A stretch of 64,000 nucleotides of DNA from Octopus vulgaris. Its lineage: Eukaryota. Position numbers and translations under genes: made by a program. Numbering within the stretch: position 1 is the first letter of the stretch; each line of letters starts with the position of its first letter. Of the stretch, positions 23,409-37,610 are shown piece after piece. Under the pieces are notes generated by a model, which worked only from the letters and a program-made list of their open reading frames with translations, searched no databases and was not told the DNA's origin. The stretch lies in assembly GCA_951406725.2 (NCBI GenBank), contig OX597819.1, forward strand, positions 65,472,001 to 65,536,000, written 5' to 3'.

Positions 23409-25619
23409 TCAGTAAGCGAACATTTTTAATATATTTATATATGCACACATATACACAGACGCGCACATACACACATATACGTACACAGACGCGCGCACCG
23501 CACTTACACACACACACACACACATACACACACACACACAACAAGGGAACTATTATTTCCACAGAATTTGGCAATAAGTTTAAAGGATGAAATTACTGCT
23601 ATCTATATTTTGGTTGAGAGGTGTTCTACCTTTTGAAGCGGCCTACACAGAGAAGATGGCCTAAATAGTTTCGTTCATAAAATTGTCAACAAGTGCATAT
23701 TTACCGCTGAAAATCACCTATATATGTGTTTGCGTGCTTGCATGTGTACGTGTGTGTTTTGAGTAGATCCCACAATATTACTTTGTATAACATATTGTCT
23801 CTTCCAATCTAAGAGTGATATTTCCACCACTGTTATTCAAATAGATTGGACCATTTACCAATATCGTACCCCTAACCCATGTCAGCCAACGCTTTATCAC
23901 CTTGACATTCGGACACTTTCACTGTATAGCCATTTTATAGGTTATTCTAAGTTTTATTCTTCATAATTTTCAGAAGATCGGAAACCAGAAAGTCAATAAC
24001 GTGTGTGTGTATGTGTGCGTGTGTCTAGTTTAAGTGACCTAAAATAGATTCAAATCATAAATATTCCGAAATAAATACAAATATCACCAGGACACGAAAC
24101 TGCGATTAAAACGTCTTCTATAAACAATCCAGTAATTCACATCAGCCGGAACCAAATAATAACAGGAGACATGAATTTATCCAGATAAATCACACAAGAG
24201 TCGATCAAGTCATGCTACAAGAAAATTTGATGAACCGTTATTGATATTCGACTCGCCATTTCATTTTCTTAATGTATTTTTAAAATAACTATATTTACAG
24301 CTTGAAATATAGATTTCGCAATGTTTGTCGATGCATTCTGGTGAATTAACAACCGATGAATAGGAGTGAATTGGAAAATCTACGCTGTTTCACTAAGTTT
24401 TAATATCTCGTGATTGAACTTCCACTAATATATTCACTGTACTAAGCAGAGTTCCTCTTTATTCATTTCCGCCTAATGAAGGCATTCATTCGAAGAGTTA
24501 CAAGCCAACTTGAACACATAAACACGGATTCCTGACCCAGATGCATTAATTTTGATTTCTGTTTTCTTATGCATCAAATATTTTTGTCTTTTCTTTGCAG
24601 GGTTTAGTTAAACTAAGCTAATAATAAGAAAGATACGAATTTATCAGATAAAAATCACAAATACAAGGAACACTACGCGCGCGTACACACACTCACACAC
24701 ACACATATATAAAATGAATTTAAACAACAGTATGCAATGTTTCGCCAAAAAGAAAGAAATACAAATGCCATTAAGTGTGACTAGGGAGTTAGGAAACTCC
24801 TACATTGCTAGAAATAAGAGCTAAACCACTCTAATGCTTTAGTTAACGCACATGAATGGAAACATATTTACTAACAGGAATCTTATTGTCCGAAAATTAC
24901 CGATTGAGAATTCTTAATACTGACGCGTCAGTGTCGGCAATTACTGTTGCCTTATCACTTAAGACAACTCGACTGATGCATATAACATGTGTGTGTGTGT
25001 GTGGATCTATATGTAGCGTTAGAATAAGAACCAGGCTTTATGAGATGTAAACAAAGCGCTAGAGTGGATTCATTTTGGTGAAAATTCTTGAGGCTGATTC
25101 TCAAGTATGGCTGCAATTTACTGACCGAAATAGGTAAAGGATGAAAGATATGTATTTACAGACAGACAGTAAAAGATGACGATCGAACTGTAGTTAATTT
25201 ATCACATTCCACAACGACAAAGGACAATGTGTTATTTAGGACATCTTGCAAGTTCCGAACGAGTACCACTACATATTTCCTTTGAATCCACCATCTAATC
25301 ATATGCATGTATGTGTGCATGTGTGTGCATGTCTTCACGTGAGACTGTTTGTGTAAGAACGCACTAGTCTATATGTGTGTCTGTATGTGTGTGCCTGGCT
25401 TGTTAGGTTTGTGTTGCTACTTGAATGCACGCTCATGAACTTCACAAGAGTAGCCAGCAGGTCTATGCACCTTTCAGTATATTTAAGGTAGGGTATGCAT
25501 AATAAATGCATACACACACACGCGCGCGCGCGCACATATATTTCCTTGGTTTTAAAACTGCTACTAGCCACCTTGATGATATATATATATATAGATAGAT
25601 AGATAGATCATGTGATCCA

Positions 25620-25841
25620 CCAGGTTAGCAAATATTGTTACACTTCGCGTTTTGCATTGTTTGTACTCTTCAGAAAACGCCATCCCGCTAGCTAGGAGAG
25701 CAGGCCGACTTTCCCCACTTATCGAAAGAGAGTCTGAAGCAACGAGAAAGGAAGTGTTTTGCGTCACCCTATCAAGGAATCGAACCAGCGATCTAGCGAT
25801 CGTCAGCACAACAGTCTAACCACTACAACAAGCGCCTTCAC
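25620..25841 (-). mobile_element. SINE family C (old, tRNA-derived)
   Basis: Minus strand has a TAGTGGTTAG A-box and GGTTCGATTCC B-box; similar heads at 27878 and 59408. Confidence 0.65.
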
Positions 25842-26373
25842 AGATAGATAGAAAAATGTGGGATATATATACTTTTCGGCTAGACTGTATGCACATTGAT
25901 ACAATGATAAAGACAATATCTAACGTCGTTAGAAATCGTCAGTTTCCGTTCATCTTCGCAGTTAATCCACTAAGAATTTTATATTGCTACATATTGACCC
26001 TGCATAATTTAATTGGACGAGCAAAACACGTTTATTGCCGTCTCATGTAAGACATTCTTAGATGAGATAAATTTAGTAGCGGTTCTTATTGCAGTTGTAT
26101 GTAAGACAAGTATGAAAGCTTTATCGTTGTGCCTGGTTCTCATTTGTTAGCAATTGGCTTGTTATTTTCTTATCTCTGATGCCAGATGTATTTCAGAATG
26201 TATATAGTATTGTAAGTGTGAACCAGGTGTTAATTCCATCACTGGAAAGCTTTGTGTTAAATGTGGCTTCTTATTTTTTCAACTAATATATCAAATTAAT
26301 GCATTTAACATGGCTTTTTCCTTTTGGTTTATTTCGTGTAATATATTTTATCTTAGCAACTCTCTTATACTTC

Positions 26374-26434
<61 letters not shown>

Positions 26435-26574
26435 TTTTGTGCTGTCTGCGTAATACAATATATGTGCAATAGCTTCTTCTCAATTTAGGTGCGTAGTCAG
26501 TTAACAAACAAGAATATATGTGTGTGTGTGTGTGTGTGTGTATGTTAAAAGAGAAAGAGCGGTTGAAGAGCTAG

Positions 26575-26622
<48 letters not shown>

Positions 26623-26673
26623 GGAAAATAGGAAAAGAGCCGTGGAGAGTAGAGAGCAATATTATACATATAC

Positions 26674-26768
<95 letters not shown>

Positions 26769-26847
26769 CACTGGCGGTACCCCAGCATGGCCGCAGCTGT
26801 AAGGCTAAGACATATAAAAGGCTATAAATAAATAAATATATATATAT

Positions 26848-26907
<60 letters not shown>

Positions 26908-27495
26908 CACATATGAAAGTGTGTGTGTATTTTATTTTTTGTTTTATTGTTATTTTTGTTTCCCTATATGTTCTCTCTATTTGTAAAGTCAGAGCTGAAT
27001 TTGTTTCTATATAACTGTAGAATGCAGTCTAGTAAATCTCTTCAATATCCGCATTAACTCGCGTTTGTTTTATCCTATTAATTTTCCTTTTGCCTTCCTG
27101 CTTTCGTGCACGAGATTCGAAAGACCCTTCTGAGATGTTATAACTGACGATTTATACATAAGTGGACATTCACAATCGGCAATGCTTGCTTCGCCATTTA
27201 TGACTGTTTTAGTGGATGCTGATGGAAATACGTGCTGTAACCTATTCTTCCATTTATATTCAAGAGTGAATGCTTCCAAAGTTATTGTAGCTATTAAATT
27301 GGGAATCTAAGATATTTTATATACCTATTTTTTTTTGTTTGCTATTTATTTATAAATTTTATGTATTTCTATACTTGTTTTGTTTTCATTTGACATCTTG
27401 CGTGATCATCACAATGAAAATATCTAACTACGTCCCTGATATGAACTGTATGTTTCAATACTCGTACGACAGCTTTTAATATAATTCGCAGCTCT

Positions 27496-27865
27496 AAGGC
27501 GGCGAATCGGCAGAATCATTAACAATTCGGGCGAAATGCTTAGAGAGGTATTTCGACGGTTTTTACGTTCTGAGTTCAAAATCCTCTGAGGTCGACTGGC
27601 TTTCATCTTTTCGGGATCGATGAATTAAGTACCAGCTGCGTACTGGAGTCGATCTAATTGGCTAGCCCCCTCCCCCCAAATTTCGGGCCTTGTATCTAGA
27701 GTACAAGAGAATCATTAGCACGCCAGACAAAATATTTTGCTGCATTCCGTCCGTCTGTACATTCTAGGTTCAAATTCTGCGGAGGTCGATGCAATAAGTG
27801 CCACTTGAGTGCTGGCGTCGATGCATCTGACTTACTCATTCCCCTGAAATTTGGTACCAAGATTA
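27496..27865 (+). mobile_element. SINE family B plus a second partial copy in tandem
   Basis: Full B element to about 27712, then a decayed copy. Confidence 0.85.
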
Positions 27866-27877
27866 TTCTCTTCTCTA

Positions 27878-28080
27878 TGGAGATGTGTGGCCAAGTGGTT
27901 AGGGTGTCAGAATCAAGATCGTACGATTATGGTTTCGATTCCTGGCCCTTGTGATGTACTTTTTCCTGAGAACGTCGCTGCGTCTCCCGTTTTTCCAGTT
28001 CACCTAATTGGAAAATAATATGTGATTCTGTGACGGACTGACATCCCATTCAGTTAAGAAATATGGGATGCAAGGAAAGC
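27878..28080 (+). mobile_element. SINE family C
   Basis: TGGCCAAGTGGTTAGG A-box, GGTTTCGATTCC B-box, CTGTGACGGACTGACATCCCATTCAG downstream. Confidence 0.65.
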
Positions 28081-28117
28081 GTGAAAGAATTTTATTCTAT
28101 TTTATTTGAAGACAAAT

Positions 28118-28310
28118 TCATTAGCACGCCGGTCAAAATGTTTAGATACATTTCGTCCGCCGTTACCTTCTGAGTTTAAGCGACGTCGATATCGACTTTG
28201 CCTCTCCTCCTTTCAGGATCGGTAAAACATGTACCAGTTGTGCGTTCGGGTCGAGTTATCCCTTCACCCGAAATTGCAGGCCTTGTGCCAAAATTTGAAA
28301 CTAGCATTAT
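28118..28310 (+). mobile_element. SINE family B
   Basis: Core and CCTTGTGCCAAAATTTGAAA tail. Confidence 0.8.
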
Positions 28311-30055
28311 TCACAGGTAAAATATATGAGCGTCTGTATGTGTGTGTGAATATATGTTTATATATGTGTAATGCGTATATATAAGTATATATGATAATGT
28401 ATATATGTATGCACACATATTTACTTGTACATATATACATGTGTGTGTGAATAGCTAATACTTTAGCGTCGCTCCTAACGACTTGTGGGGCGAGTAGACA
28501 CATGCATCTCCTCAGATGTTCGGAGACAGAGTGCAAATCTAAGCGCAAAAACACACATAAACCTGGAACTGCTGAAGTCTTAACAAATGTCAACTGCGAG
28601 AATCGCGCCTCTGAAAAGTTGAGTCACCATCGCTCCATCTGATGGCACGACAAAACACCACAACACGGATGTGACAACCGAAGTGAAGGTGCTAGGGTCG
28701 GGGAAAATTCTCCTTGTTCTACTCCATCTGAAGTACCTCCATGACCTTCAAAATGACGTCCACTCATAAAATGGAGTATTTTGGACTGGGCTGCCGCTTA
28801 CTTAACTGGAGTCTGCAATTTACAAATCTATCTCCGTTAGAGATTATGCATATTCCACACACCCGTATTCTCCATCAATTGTAGACCTGTTATTGACCTT
28901 CAAGATTCTGGTAATTGGCTACTAGTTTACTACCCAAGGTCAGCTGTCCCCCACAAATGGTCAGCGTATTTAACCCCTGACACGTGTATGGACTACAGGC
29001 CACCGATTTTTACCATGCAAATTTAACTGCAAACCAACTTCATCGAATTTTGTTAGTCCCAATTAAATGTACACGTGATATACAATAAATAGTAATCAAA
29101 TATCTCACAATTTACACCGTATATTATATTTATAATAAATGTGGGATGCATGATGTAATGTAATCGCGTATATACTGGGTTTACTGAAAAGCGATAGAAT
29201 GTTCAACGAAGGACACTTCGTGGTATTTGTCTCTATTCTGTCGAGTGAGCATCGACGAAACAAAAGAATGATTACCGCTGCCTGCACCATGACCACTATC
29301 GCTATCAACACCAATACGTTCTCAAGTAATTTATAAAACAAACTACGATGTAGGGTGCACTACTTGGTCGCTAGATCTGCTATAAATAGCTGGTAAACCT
29401 TCTTAAATTTCACAATACTCCTGCTTTCATGTGGAATTATAGTAATTAAGGATACTGTCCCAAATGATACAGTAGTCATGTTAAATGGATTTCTTTCTAG
29501 ATTCCCTTAATCACATTTGAAGTGAGAGCAAGCAGCAAGAAGAACAGCAACGAAGAGCAAAATAAACACTTACGGTGTTGCTAGTTCTTTAGTGCTGCTG
29601 ATGCTATTGTTGTAGAAGCATGAGTTTGAAATCCTTTGAAGCACACTCAGCTTTCAGGTCGGAATCCTGCGGCGCTCTTCTAGACAGCTTCAGAAGAAAG
29701 AATCAACCACAATTTTGATACGTTGTCGACCTCGATGGCATGATAAATATAGCTGATATTGGCATGGTTTGCATGCAATTATGCTACATTCAACGCGGTG
29801 TATAAAAGTCCGAGCGAATACTAAAACTTAATGTATCTCATCCTGCGCTGATTATACCGACTTAAAGACTAGAATAGAATATGGCTTCAAGGCCATGTAA
29901 TTGACCCACACAGAGAGAAGATACCAAATCTCTGAGTGTGTTCTGCTCACGTGTGTAATCCTATGCCTTAGACCCCACTTAGCAACGTTCCACCAATGAC
30001 CACCCTGTTGTAAATTCTTTCGTTATTTTTTAATATTTTTTCCCAAATATAACTG

Positions 30056-30460
30056 CAGTCATAGCTGTGTATTGAAATGCCTATTTCTCAACCTTATAGT
30101 TTGGGGTTCGGTCCCACTGCGTGACACCTTGGGCAGCTGTTTTCTACTATAGCCACGAGCCGACCAAGGGGTCTTGTGAGTGGATTTGGTAGATAGATAT
30201 ATATTCGGCGTGCTTATTTTTGGTTCCATGTGCGTTTCTCTTTGCATCCATGTTCGTCCGTCCACCACTGCCTACAACCGGTGATAGCCAGTTTGCGTCC
30301 CTGTAACTTGTCGATTCGTCAAAAGAGAACGCTAGCATAGGTATCAATCTTTGAAATATTTAAGTACTGGAGTCGATTAATTTGACTAAACTTTCTTCAA
30401 GGCGGTGCCCTATCATGGCCGCAGTCTAATGATTGAAACAAGTTAACGATAACAGAAAAT
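30056..30460 (+). mobile_element. SINE family A, diverged full length
   Basis: GGTTCGGTCCC B-box, CCTTGGGCA core and CATGGCCGCAGTC tail. Confidence 0.85.
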
Positions 30461-30860
30461 GGTAAAATGGTAAATATCGTGTACCAGAAACTCTTTTATT
30501 CAATATATTCTTCAGCATCTCATATATTTATTTATTTATTTGTTTTCTGTTAAGATGCTAAGATGGTTGATTAACAGAATTGTTGGAACTGTGAATAAAC
30601 GATTTTCCGGTATTTAGTTACGGCTTTTAACGCTGTAAGTTCAAGTCCTTCTTAAGTTGGTAAAACAAACAGAGGTGAAGTACCGAGGTCGATGAAATTG
30701 ATAGATTCTTCCTGTCCGAAATTTCTGGTTTTGTGAATTTGAAAGTAATCAATAAATTGTTTTATAGGGATGTGATACAAGGACATTTTGTCTGATATTT
30801 CTAGCAGATAACATAACCACCTTATCGTCAAGGTTTGACTTTTGGTGTTCTCGTTCGTTT

Positions 30861-31373
30861 ATGTTGATCGTGGTGGTGGAGGTGAGGATGCTTATGTTAG
30901 TGATTGTGAAGGTGGCTGGTCGTGGTGGTAGTTGCGTTAATGATGATGATGGCGGTGGTGGTGGTGGTGATCCTGGTGGTAGTGATGACGGCGATGGTGG
31001 TATTGGTTTTGGTGCGGATGTTGAAATTAGATGTGATGGCGGAGTTACTTGCGGTAGTCGTGATGTGAATGGTGGTGGTGGCGGTGGTGGTGGTGTTGGT
31101 TGTGTTGCTGATGTTGGCGATGGTTGTGATGGCGGTGCTGGTCGTGGTTGTAATGATGATGATGGTGGTGGTGGTGATGCCGATGGCCATAGTGGCGGTG
31201 GTGATCGTGGAGGTGATGTGGTTGTGGTGAATTTAGTAGCAGCAGCAACAACTGCAGCAGCAGCAGTAGCAGTAGTAGTAGTAGTAGTAGTAGCAGTAGC
31301 AGCAGTAGCAGCAGCAGCAGTAGTAGTAGTAGTAGTAGTAGTAGTAGCAGCAGCAGTAGCAGCATCAGCAATG

Positions 31374-31441
<68 letters not shown>

Positions 31442-31505
31442 GGTGGTGGTGGTGGTGGTGTCGTCGCTGATGATACAGAGGGCGGTGATGGTATTGGTGG
31501 TGTTG
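30861..31505. repeat. Degenerate GGT/GAT/GTA/GCA trinucleotide region
   Basis: Seen directly; explains the overlapping low-complexity ORFs. Confidence 0.9.
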
Positions 31506-32475
31506 ATATTTTTCAACGGCATTTGTTTTTGTTTTTAAAGTTTCGTTCTTTGTTTGTGTCTCATCTTTTTTTTTTGCTTTTCTTTACAGGGCTATGATAA
31601 AGTCCTCCTCTGAGACAAAATATGTATGAATTTACGGTTATGTGGTTGAGTGGATTTGTGAATTCTCGATGAAAAATCGTAAATGTTTGCTTAATGTTGC
31701 AATTTATATAGATGGAAATGTACGTACTGTTTTACATTACAGAACCATTCTCTTGATCATCGATAAGTAACGATTAAACGATGTTTCTTGTTATTTCTTT
31801 TTTGCTTTCTTCATCTTGTTTTTTTTTATTTTCGTTTTTCGTTTTTCTTTCTATTTCCCATTTTGTAACTACACTATCATTTCTCTTTTATATTGTTTTG
31901 TTTGTTTGTTTGTTTGTTTGTATTTTGCGTTTGTTCTCTTTTCTACTTTTCATTTCATCACACAAGGGATCATTGCCTCGTTTTAGTAAAGAGCTGATAT
32001 GGTCGAACGAATTTAACCAATAATCTCATGCTTATTAAACACTTTATCGACTAAAGATTGATAAAAATCGTTCTTTTCGTGTTCCTCTTCTTTGAAAGAG
32101 AGAGAGAGAGGGTGGAGGAGGGAAGGGGAGAAAGAGAGAATCACGTATGTAGACAAATGTACGCACAAACAAATATACTAGATGCACTCGTGCAGTTATA
32201 TACGCATTCAGAAAAACACACGCCAAAAGGAACACAAACATAAAGCCACAAAGATGTATGTATGTGTGTGTGTAGACATGTGTATACGCGCACGTGTATG
32301 CATACATGTGTCTTTGAGTCTGTATATGTGTGTGTATATATATATATATATTTATATATACATTTCTGTGAGTATCTATATAATCATACACACACACATA
32401 TACATAGACATACATATATGTAAATATATGTACAAATATATACATATATATGTATATATATATATAGAGAGAGAG

Positions 32476-32533
<58 letters not shown>

Positions 32534-32751
32534 ATGCGTGTGTGTGAGTGTGTTTATTTGTATACGTGAATGTGTATGTGTGTGTGTATATACCATTAGA
32601 CCCTTCCTCTGTATTATTTCTACGTCATCATCACCATCGTCATCGCCGTCGTCATTGTCATCGTCCATGCTATAATTAGCAACATCTCTACCAGAACTAT
32701 GAAAACCATTATAAGACAACATCAAAAGAGCAACACCAGCGAACACCTTAC

Positions 32752-32812
32752 CTGTAGTAAGCTTCCCTAGAGCCACCACTCTGGCAGTTTCCAGCCACGA
32801 ACCAGCACTGAT
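32752..32812 (-). CDS. Candidate 61-nt internal exon of an unidentified gene
   Basis: Acceptor TTTTCTGTTTTTGCTTTCCCAAG, donor CAG|GTAAGG, GC-richer non-repeat body. Two frames are open (QCWFVAGNCQSGGSREAYY or ISAGSWLETARVVALGKLTT). Confidence 0.5.
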
Positions 32813-32984
32813 CTTGGGAAAGCAAAAACAGAAAATATATATACTTGGCCTAATTGGACACGTAATTAGCTTCGTCCTCGTAAAATTTTGTCAATCTAGC
32901 TTCAAAAGGGAAAGACGTATAAAACGAAGCTTGCCTAACATTTACATCACCACAAATACCAACGTTCTGATTATGTTCAATATT

Positions 32985-33421
32985 TAATGGCGTCGGTGTC
33001 ATCGTCGTCGACATCGGCGCCTTCGTTGTCGTTGTCGTCATCGCCGTATCACTACCACCACCACTAACACTAGAGTTACCACCAACAGGAACATCAACAT
33101 TGACATTAACACAGACAATCTTGATCATCGTCATCACCATCATCACCATCATCATCAATTTCATCAACATCGTCGTCATCATCATCGTCGTTATCATCTT
33201 TGCTACCGTTACCAGCATCATTAACCATCTTGCCGTTGTCGTTGTTGTCGTCGTCTTCACAATCATCTGTCGTCGTCCTCATCGTCATTGTGAATATAAT
33301 TACCATGACCCTCACTATCGACATTCTTTGAGGTTATTACTGCTAAAGCAGCAGCAGCAGCAGCAACAACATCAACAAACGAAACAACGGCAACATCAGC
33401 AACACCAACATCAACAACGGC

Positions 33422-33453
<32 letters not shown>

Positions 33454-33830
33454 TAGTGGTAGTAGCAGTAGTAGTAGCAGTAACAACAACAACGTAGAAA
33501 ACGGCACCTTCAGCAACATCAGCTGTTCAAAAATTTGGACCTGGAGATCTCCATTTCCAGCGACCTCGAGGGCCACCTCCTAGTGGTGTCGGGCGTCAAC
33601 GATGAGCCCTCGACTACAACATGACGACCAAAGTTTTTTTTTCCCCCAAGATCTGGGGTCTCCCGCTCCTAAGCCCTCGACCATCACCTAATCACCCTTG
33701 CTTAACAACAACAACATCAACAACAACAACAATCAGCAACATCAACGGTAGCAGCAGAAACTGCATCATCATCATTATCAGCAGAAGTAGTAGTAGTCAT
33801 AGTAGTAGCAGCAGCAGTAGTTGCAGTAAA
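32985..33830. repeat. Mixed CAT/CAG/CAA/TAG trinucleotide low-complexity region
   Basis: Seen directly; interrupted by a unique GC-rich block at about 33495-33700. Confidence 0.85.
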
Positions 33831-34299
33831 CTTTTACGTGTTAGCGAAAATGATGAAAAACCTGCATTTGACATAAATCGAGACAAGCAAAAACCGACTA
33901 ACAAAACAAATACTTCTAACATTATTCAGGCTCTAAAATTAAGAAAATCAAACAAAACAATATCGAATGCATTAAATAACAGAGGCAGCATATTAATTGT
34001 GTATGAAATTTTCCATGGATAAAGACAACACATCGGAGTTGATCAACATCGTTGTATTTGTGTCTCGGAAGCTTGTCATGTCAGGTGATTTTCAACAGCT
34101 TTCTCAGACAGTTAATGCAGAGGTGGTTCGGCTTTTTGAGAAAACTACTAAATATCACCTTACAAGACTAAGTCTGAGACACAGGGGTCTTCTCTCGAGC
34201 TTATCTGCCAAGAATTTACACTTCTTATTTCTTTATTGCCAACAAGGGGCTAAACATAGAGGAGAAAAACAAGGACAAACAAAAGGATTAAGTCGATTG

Positions 34300-35838
34300 T
34301 CTTCGGAATTCACTTAGATATTCCTTTGCCTGTTTTGTTACTGAGTATAATGCTTTCTTATTTTCATGTTTTGAGACAAGTTTTAACATCCAGTCCTCAG
34401 AGTTTTTCAGGTAGGTGTCTAGGCCAATTGTAGCAATCTTCATTGTTATTGCCAGTTGTAAAAGTCCACGACCTCCCTCTTTTCTTAGCAGATAAAGTCG
34501 TTCTATAAATGCCTTAGGGTGGTGCATTCTATGCATTGTCAACAGTTTTCGTATTTTTCTGTCAAGATTACATATTTCAGTAATTGACCAGTTAACGATA
34601 TTGAAACTGTAAGACACGACTGGTATGGCTAAAGCATTGATCGCTTCGATCCTATTTCTCGCATTCAGCTCTGTCTTGAGTATTGCTCTTACTCTACAAT
34701 AACATTCTCTCCTGATCCTTTCCTTCATCACTGAGTGCCTTATTCCTTCCCCTTCAATTACCCCTAGGTGCTTGTAGCTCTCCGCTAGGTCTAACTCTTT
34801 TATGACATTCTGCTGGTCAAGGTAAACGTTAGATGTTTCTGTCATTTTTCCTTTGATAAAGGTAGCTTTTGCACATTTATCGAGGCCAAATTACATTCTG
34901 ATGTCATCACTGAATTGTTTAACAATCGCTAGTAGACCCTTGAGTTGTTGGTCATTTTTTGCAAAGAGCTTTAAATCATCCATGTAAATGAGATGATTTA
35001 TATTTTTATCAAACATTTTATATCCGTACGGTGCGTCACAGAGGAATTTTGAGAGAGGTATTAAGGCTAAACAAAAGAGGAGTGGTGATACTGAGTCAAC
35101 CTGGAAAATGCCACATGAAATTTTTACATCACCAGCATTTAGAGATTCATAGTCACTGTTCAAAGTTAGTGTGGTTCTCCATGATCTCATACTTACAGAC
35201 AAAAGTTTCGCAGAGCAGACGTTATTTTATACATTTCCAGTCATTTCTTAATCCAGCTATGTGCTAGGCTATCAAAAGCCTTTTTATAGTCTATCCAGGC
35301 TGTTGACAAGTTTTTGGGTCGTTTGTGACAATCTCCTAAGATCATCTTATTGATAAGTAGCTGATCTTTGCAACCATAGGACCACGTTTACATCATTTCT
35401 GTTCATGAGGGAATATGCTGCTGTCTATTAAAAAACTATTGGTATACTCCGTCAGGACAGATGTTAGCGTTTTATACATAGTTGTTAAGCCGGTTATGGG
35501 CCTATAGTTTTTTGGTTCATTTATTTCTTCACTTTTTGGAAGCAGGAATGTTAAACCATTAACTAGCCAAGGAGGCATCCTACTAGGGTATTGCAAAACA
35601 TCATTGTAAAGTTCTGTCAGCAGTTCATGGCTCTTTGGGAAGGAATTCAACCAGAAGTTAGGAATGTTATCCTTTCCTGGAGACTTCCATTTGCTTGAAC
35701 TCCTGAGAGCAAATCTTATATCTTCTACCTTGACACTTCCTCTAAGGAGTCCAAGTCTGTAGATATTCTATCAATCTAAGAGGCATCTTCGTTGTGTTTT
35801 TTCTTCTGCCCAAATTTTATTCCAAAATCCCTGCACTT
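34300..35838 (-). mobile_element. R4/Dong-type RT remnant, 5' truncated at (TAA)n
   Basis: PKNYRPITGL, GIFQVDSVSPLLFCLALIPLS, NHLIYMDDLKLFA, YKHLGV, RLYLLRKEGGRGL. Confidence 0.93.
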
Positions 35839-35839
35839 C

Positions 35840-35861
35840 TTTATTATTATTATCATTATTA

Positions 35862-35912
<51 letters not shown>

Positions 35913-35939
35913 CATCATTATTATTATTATTATTATTAT

Positions 35940-36033
<94 letters not shown>

Positions 36034-36034
36034 G

Positions 36035-36094
<60 letters not shown>

Positions 36095-36124
36095 TGCAGG
36101 TCACTGAATAATAATAATAATAAT
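35840..36124. repeat. (TTA)/(TAG)/(CAG) compound microsatellite
   Basis: Seen directly. Confidence 0.95.
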
Positions 36125-36799
36125 GGATGAGAACCCAGGTTCGAAATTTCCTCAAGACACCCGATGAAGTCTGAAGGTTATATCAGTGTTAACATCAAAC
36201 AACTTGAGGACAAATGCCCGTCAAATATGAATAATGTAAATAATTCGTCATCTCGTAAATATAGAACTGTATGAAGCTATGAAGTGTACTTCAAGATTGT
36301 ATCTGGTTTGCAAGATACTTTATGTGAATTCGCGTGTTGAAATATTTTTTTTAATGTCCGGTGAGAATCATACTGCCTTAGTATCTAACACACTGACCGG
36401 TTCAGTTCCCACTCATTTATTATTTCTATTTTCTCCTTTCCAAAATATTCATTGCTTTTGCAAGAGCAACAAAATTTTTGGAAAGGAACAAATATAAATA
36501 ATAATTATTTAATGTACTTTTCGAGAATTCGCAATTTTCTGATTTGCTTTCCACAAATATGTGTCTACTCACACTTTATAATCTATACCTACAGAGTCTT
36601 TCTGCATTCCTTCAAATCATACATAAAGCGTCGTACACGGATTTCACCACGCTCACAACCTCTTTAGACAGCAACATATCTATACATATATCTATACTAT
36701 ATTCATCTCATAGAATCTTGGTTCCAATAGCCTACACTACAAGTAGTACCTAAGAAAGAACACGATACCTGTTATCATTACTAACATCATGCAATATTA

Positions 36800-37140
36800 A
36801 ATGCAAACAGACATCAAACTAACAATATGAACTTAACTTACACACACAGGGGACAAATATGTTAGGAGTTAAATAAAAAGTTCCACAACATTTACATCAT
36901 AAAATTAAGATATGGTAAAGAGAGCAAAACGGCGTAGAGACATACCTAGAGCAATTACACGTAGAACATTTGACCAACAGATGGAAATGACAACGGTTGA
37001 TGTGCAAACAATACATTCGATCCGTCAAAATTTATGCCACGCCTCTCAATCTATTGCAAACCTGCCACAATAAACTATAATGAACACAAGAGAGCACCGT
37101 TTGCCTCTTCAAAGTCTATACACAGAGCACTCAATGATAC
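36800..37140 (+). mobile_element. I/Nimb-clade LINE RT remnant
   Basis: KQYIRSVKIYATP; homologous to 38990-39170. Confidence 0.5.
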
Positions 37141-37151
37141 AAAATAAATGA

Positions 37152-37318
37152 ATAGGTGTAGGAGTGCCTGTGTGGTATGTAGCTTGCTTACGAACTACAT
37201 GGTTCCGGGTAGAGTCCCACTACGTGGCACCTTGGTCAAGTGTCTTCTATTATAGCATCGGGCCAACCAAAGCCTTGTGAGTGGATTTGGTAGACGGAAA
37301 CTGAAAGAAGCCCATCGT

Positions 37319-37411
<93 letters not shown>

Positions 37412-37610
37412 TGTGCCTGCGTTTGACACCCTCCTCCCAACATCGCTTGACAACTGATGCTGGTGTGTTTACATACCCGTAACTAAGCGGTTCGATAAAA
37501 TAAGTACTTGGCTTACAAAAATAAGTCCTGGGGTAGATGTGCTCGACTAAAGGCGGTGATCCAGCATGGCAACATTCAAATGACTGAAACAAGTAAAAGT
37601 GTAAAAGAGA
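37152..37610 (+). mobile_element. SINE family A, full length
   Basis: Head, core, microsatellite and tail all present. Confidence 0.93.

Noticed and set aside
24585-24605. Strong plus-strand splice acceptor (also at about 31590)
   Set aside because: No matching open frame and donor downstream; such sites arise by chance in pyrimidine-rich DNA.
27878-27950. tRNA gene
   Set aside because: A and B boxes are present but there is no cloverleaf and it continues into a SINE body. The same applies to all SINE heads.
28470-29000. Possible Jockey/CR1 RT relic
   Set aside because: Only vague motif resemblance; too decayed to call.
29574-29679. Third minus-strand exon candidate (TAG acceptor, GTAAGT donor)
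   Set aside because: All three frames contain stops and the acceptor is weak; unsupported without RNA data.
30749-31538. Long Thr/Pro/Gly/Val-rich ORFs
   Set aside because: Explained by triplet repeats lacking stops on both strands.
33570-33590. CTCF-like site CCACTAGGAGGTGG
   Set aside because: Two mismatches in the core and no supporting evidence.
36150-36195. Hammerhead in a Penelope-like fragment (CACCCGATGAAG...)
   Set aside because: The core is mutated and the GAAA/helix III segment is missing.
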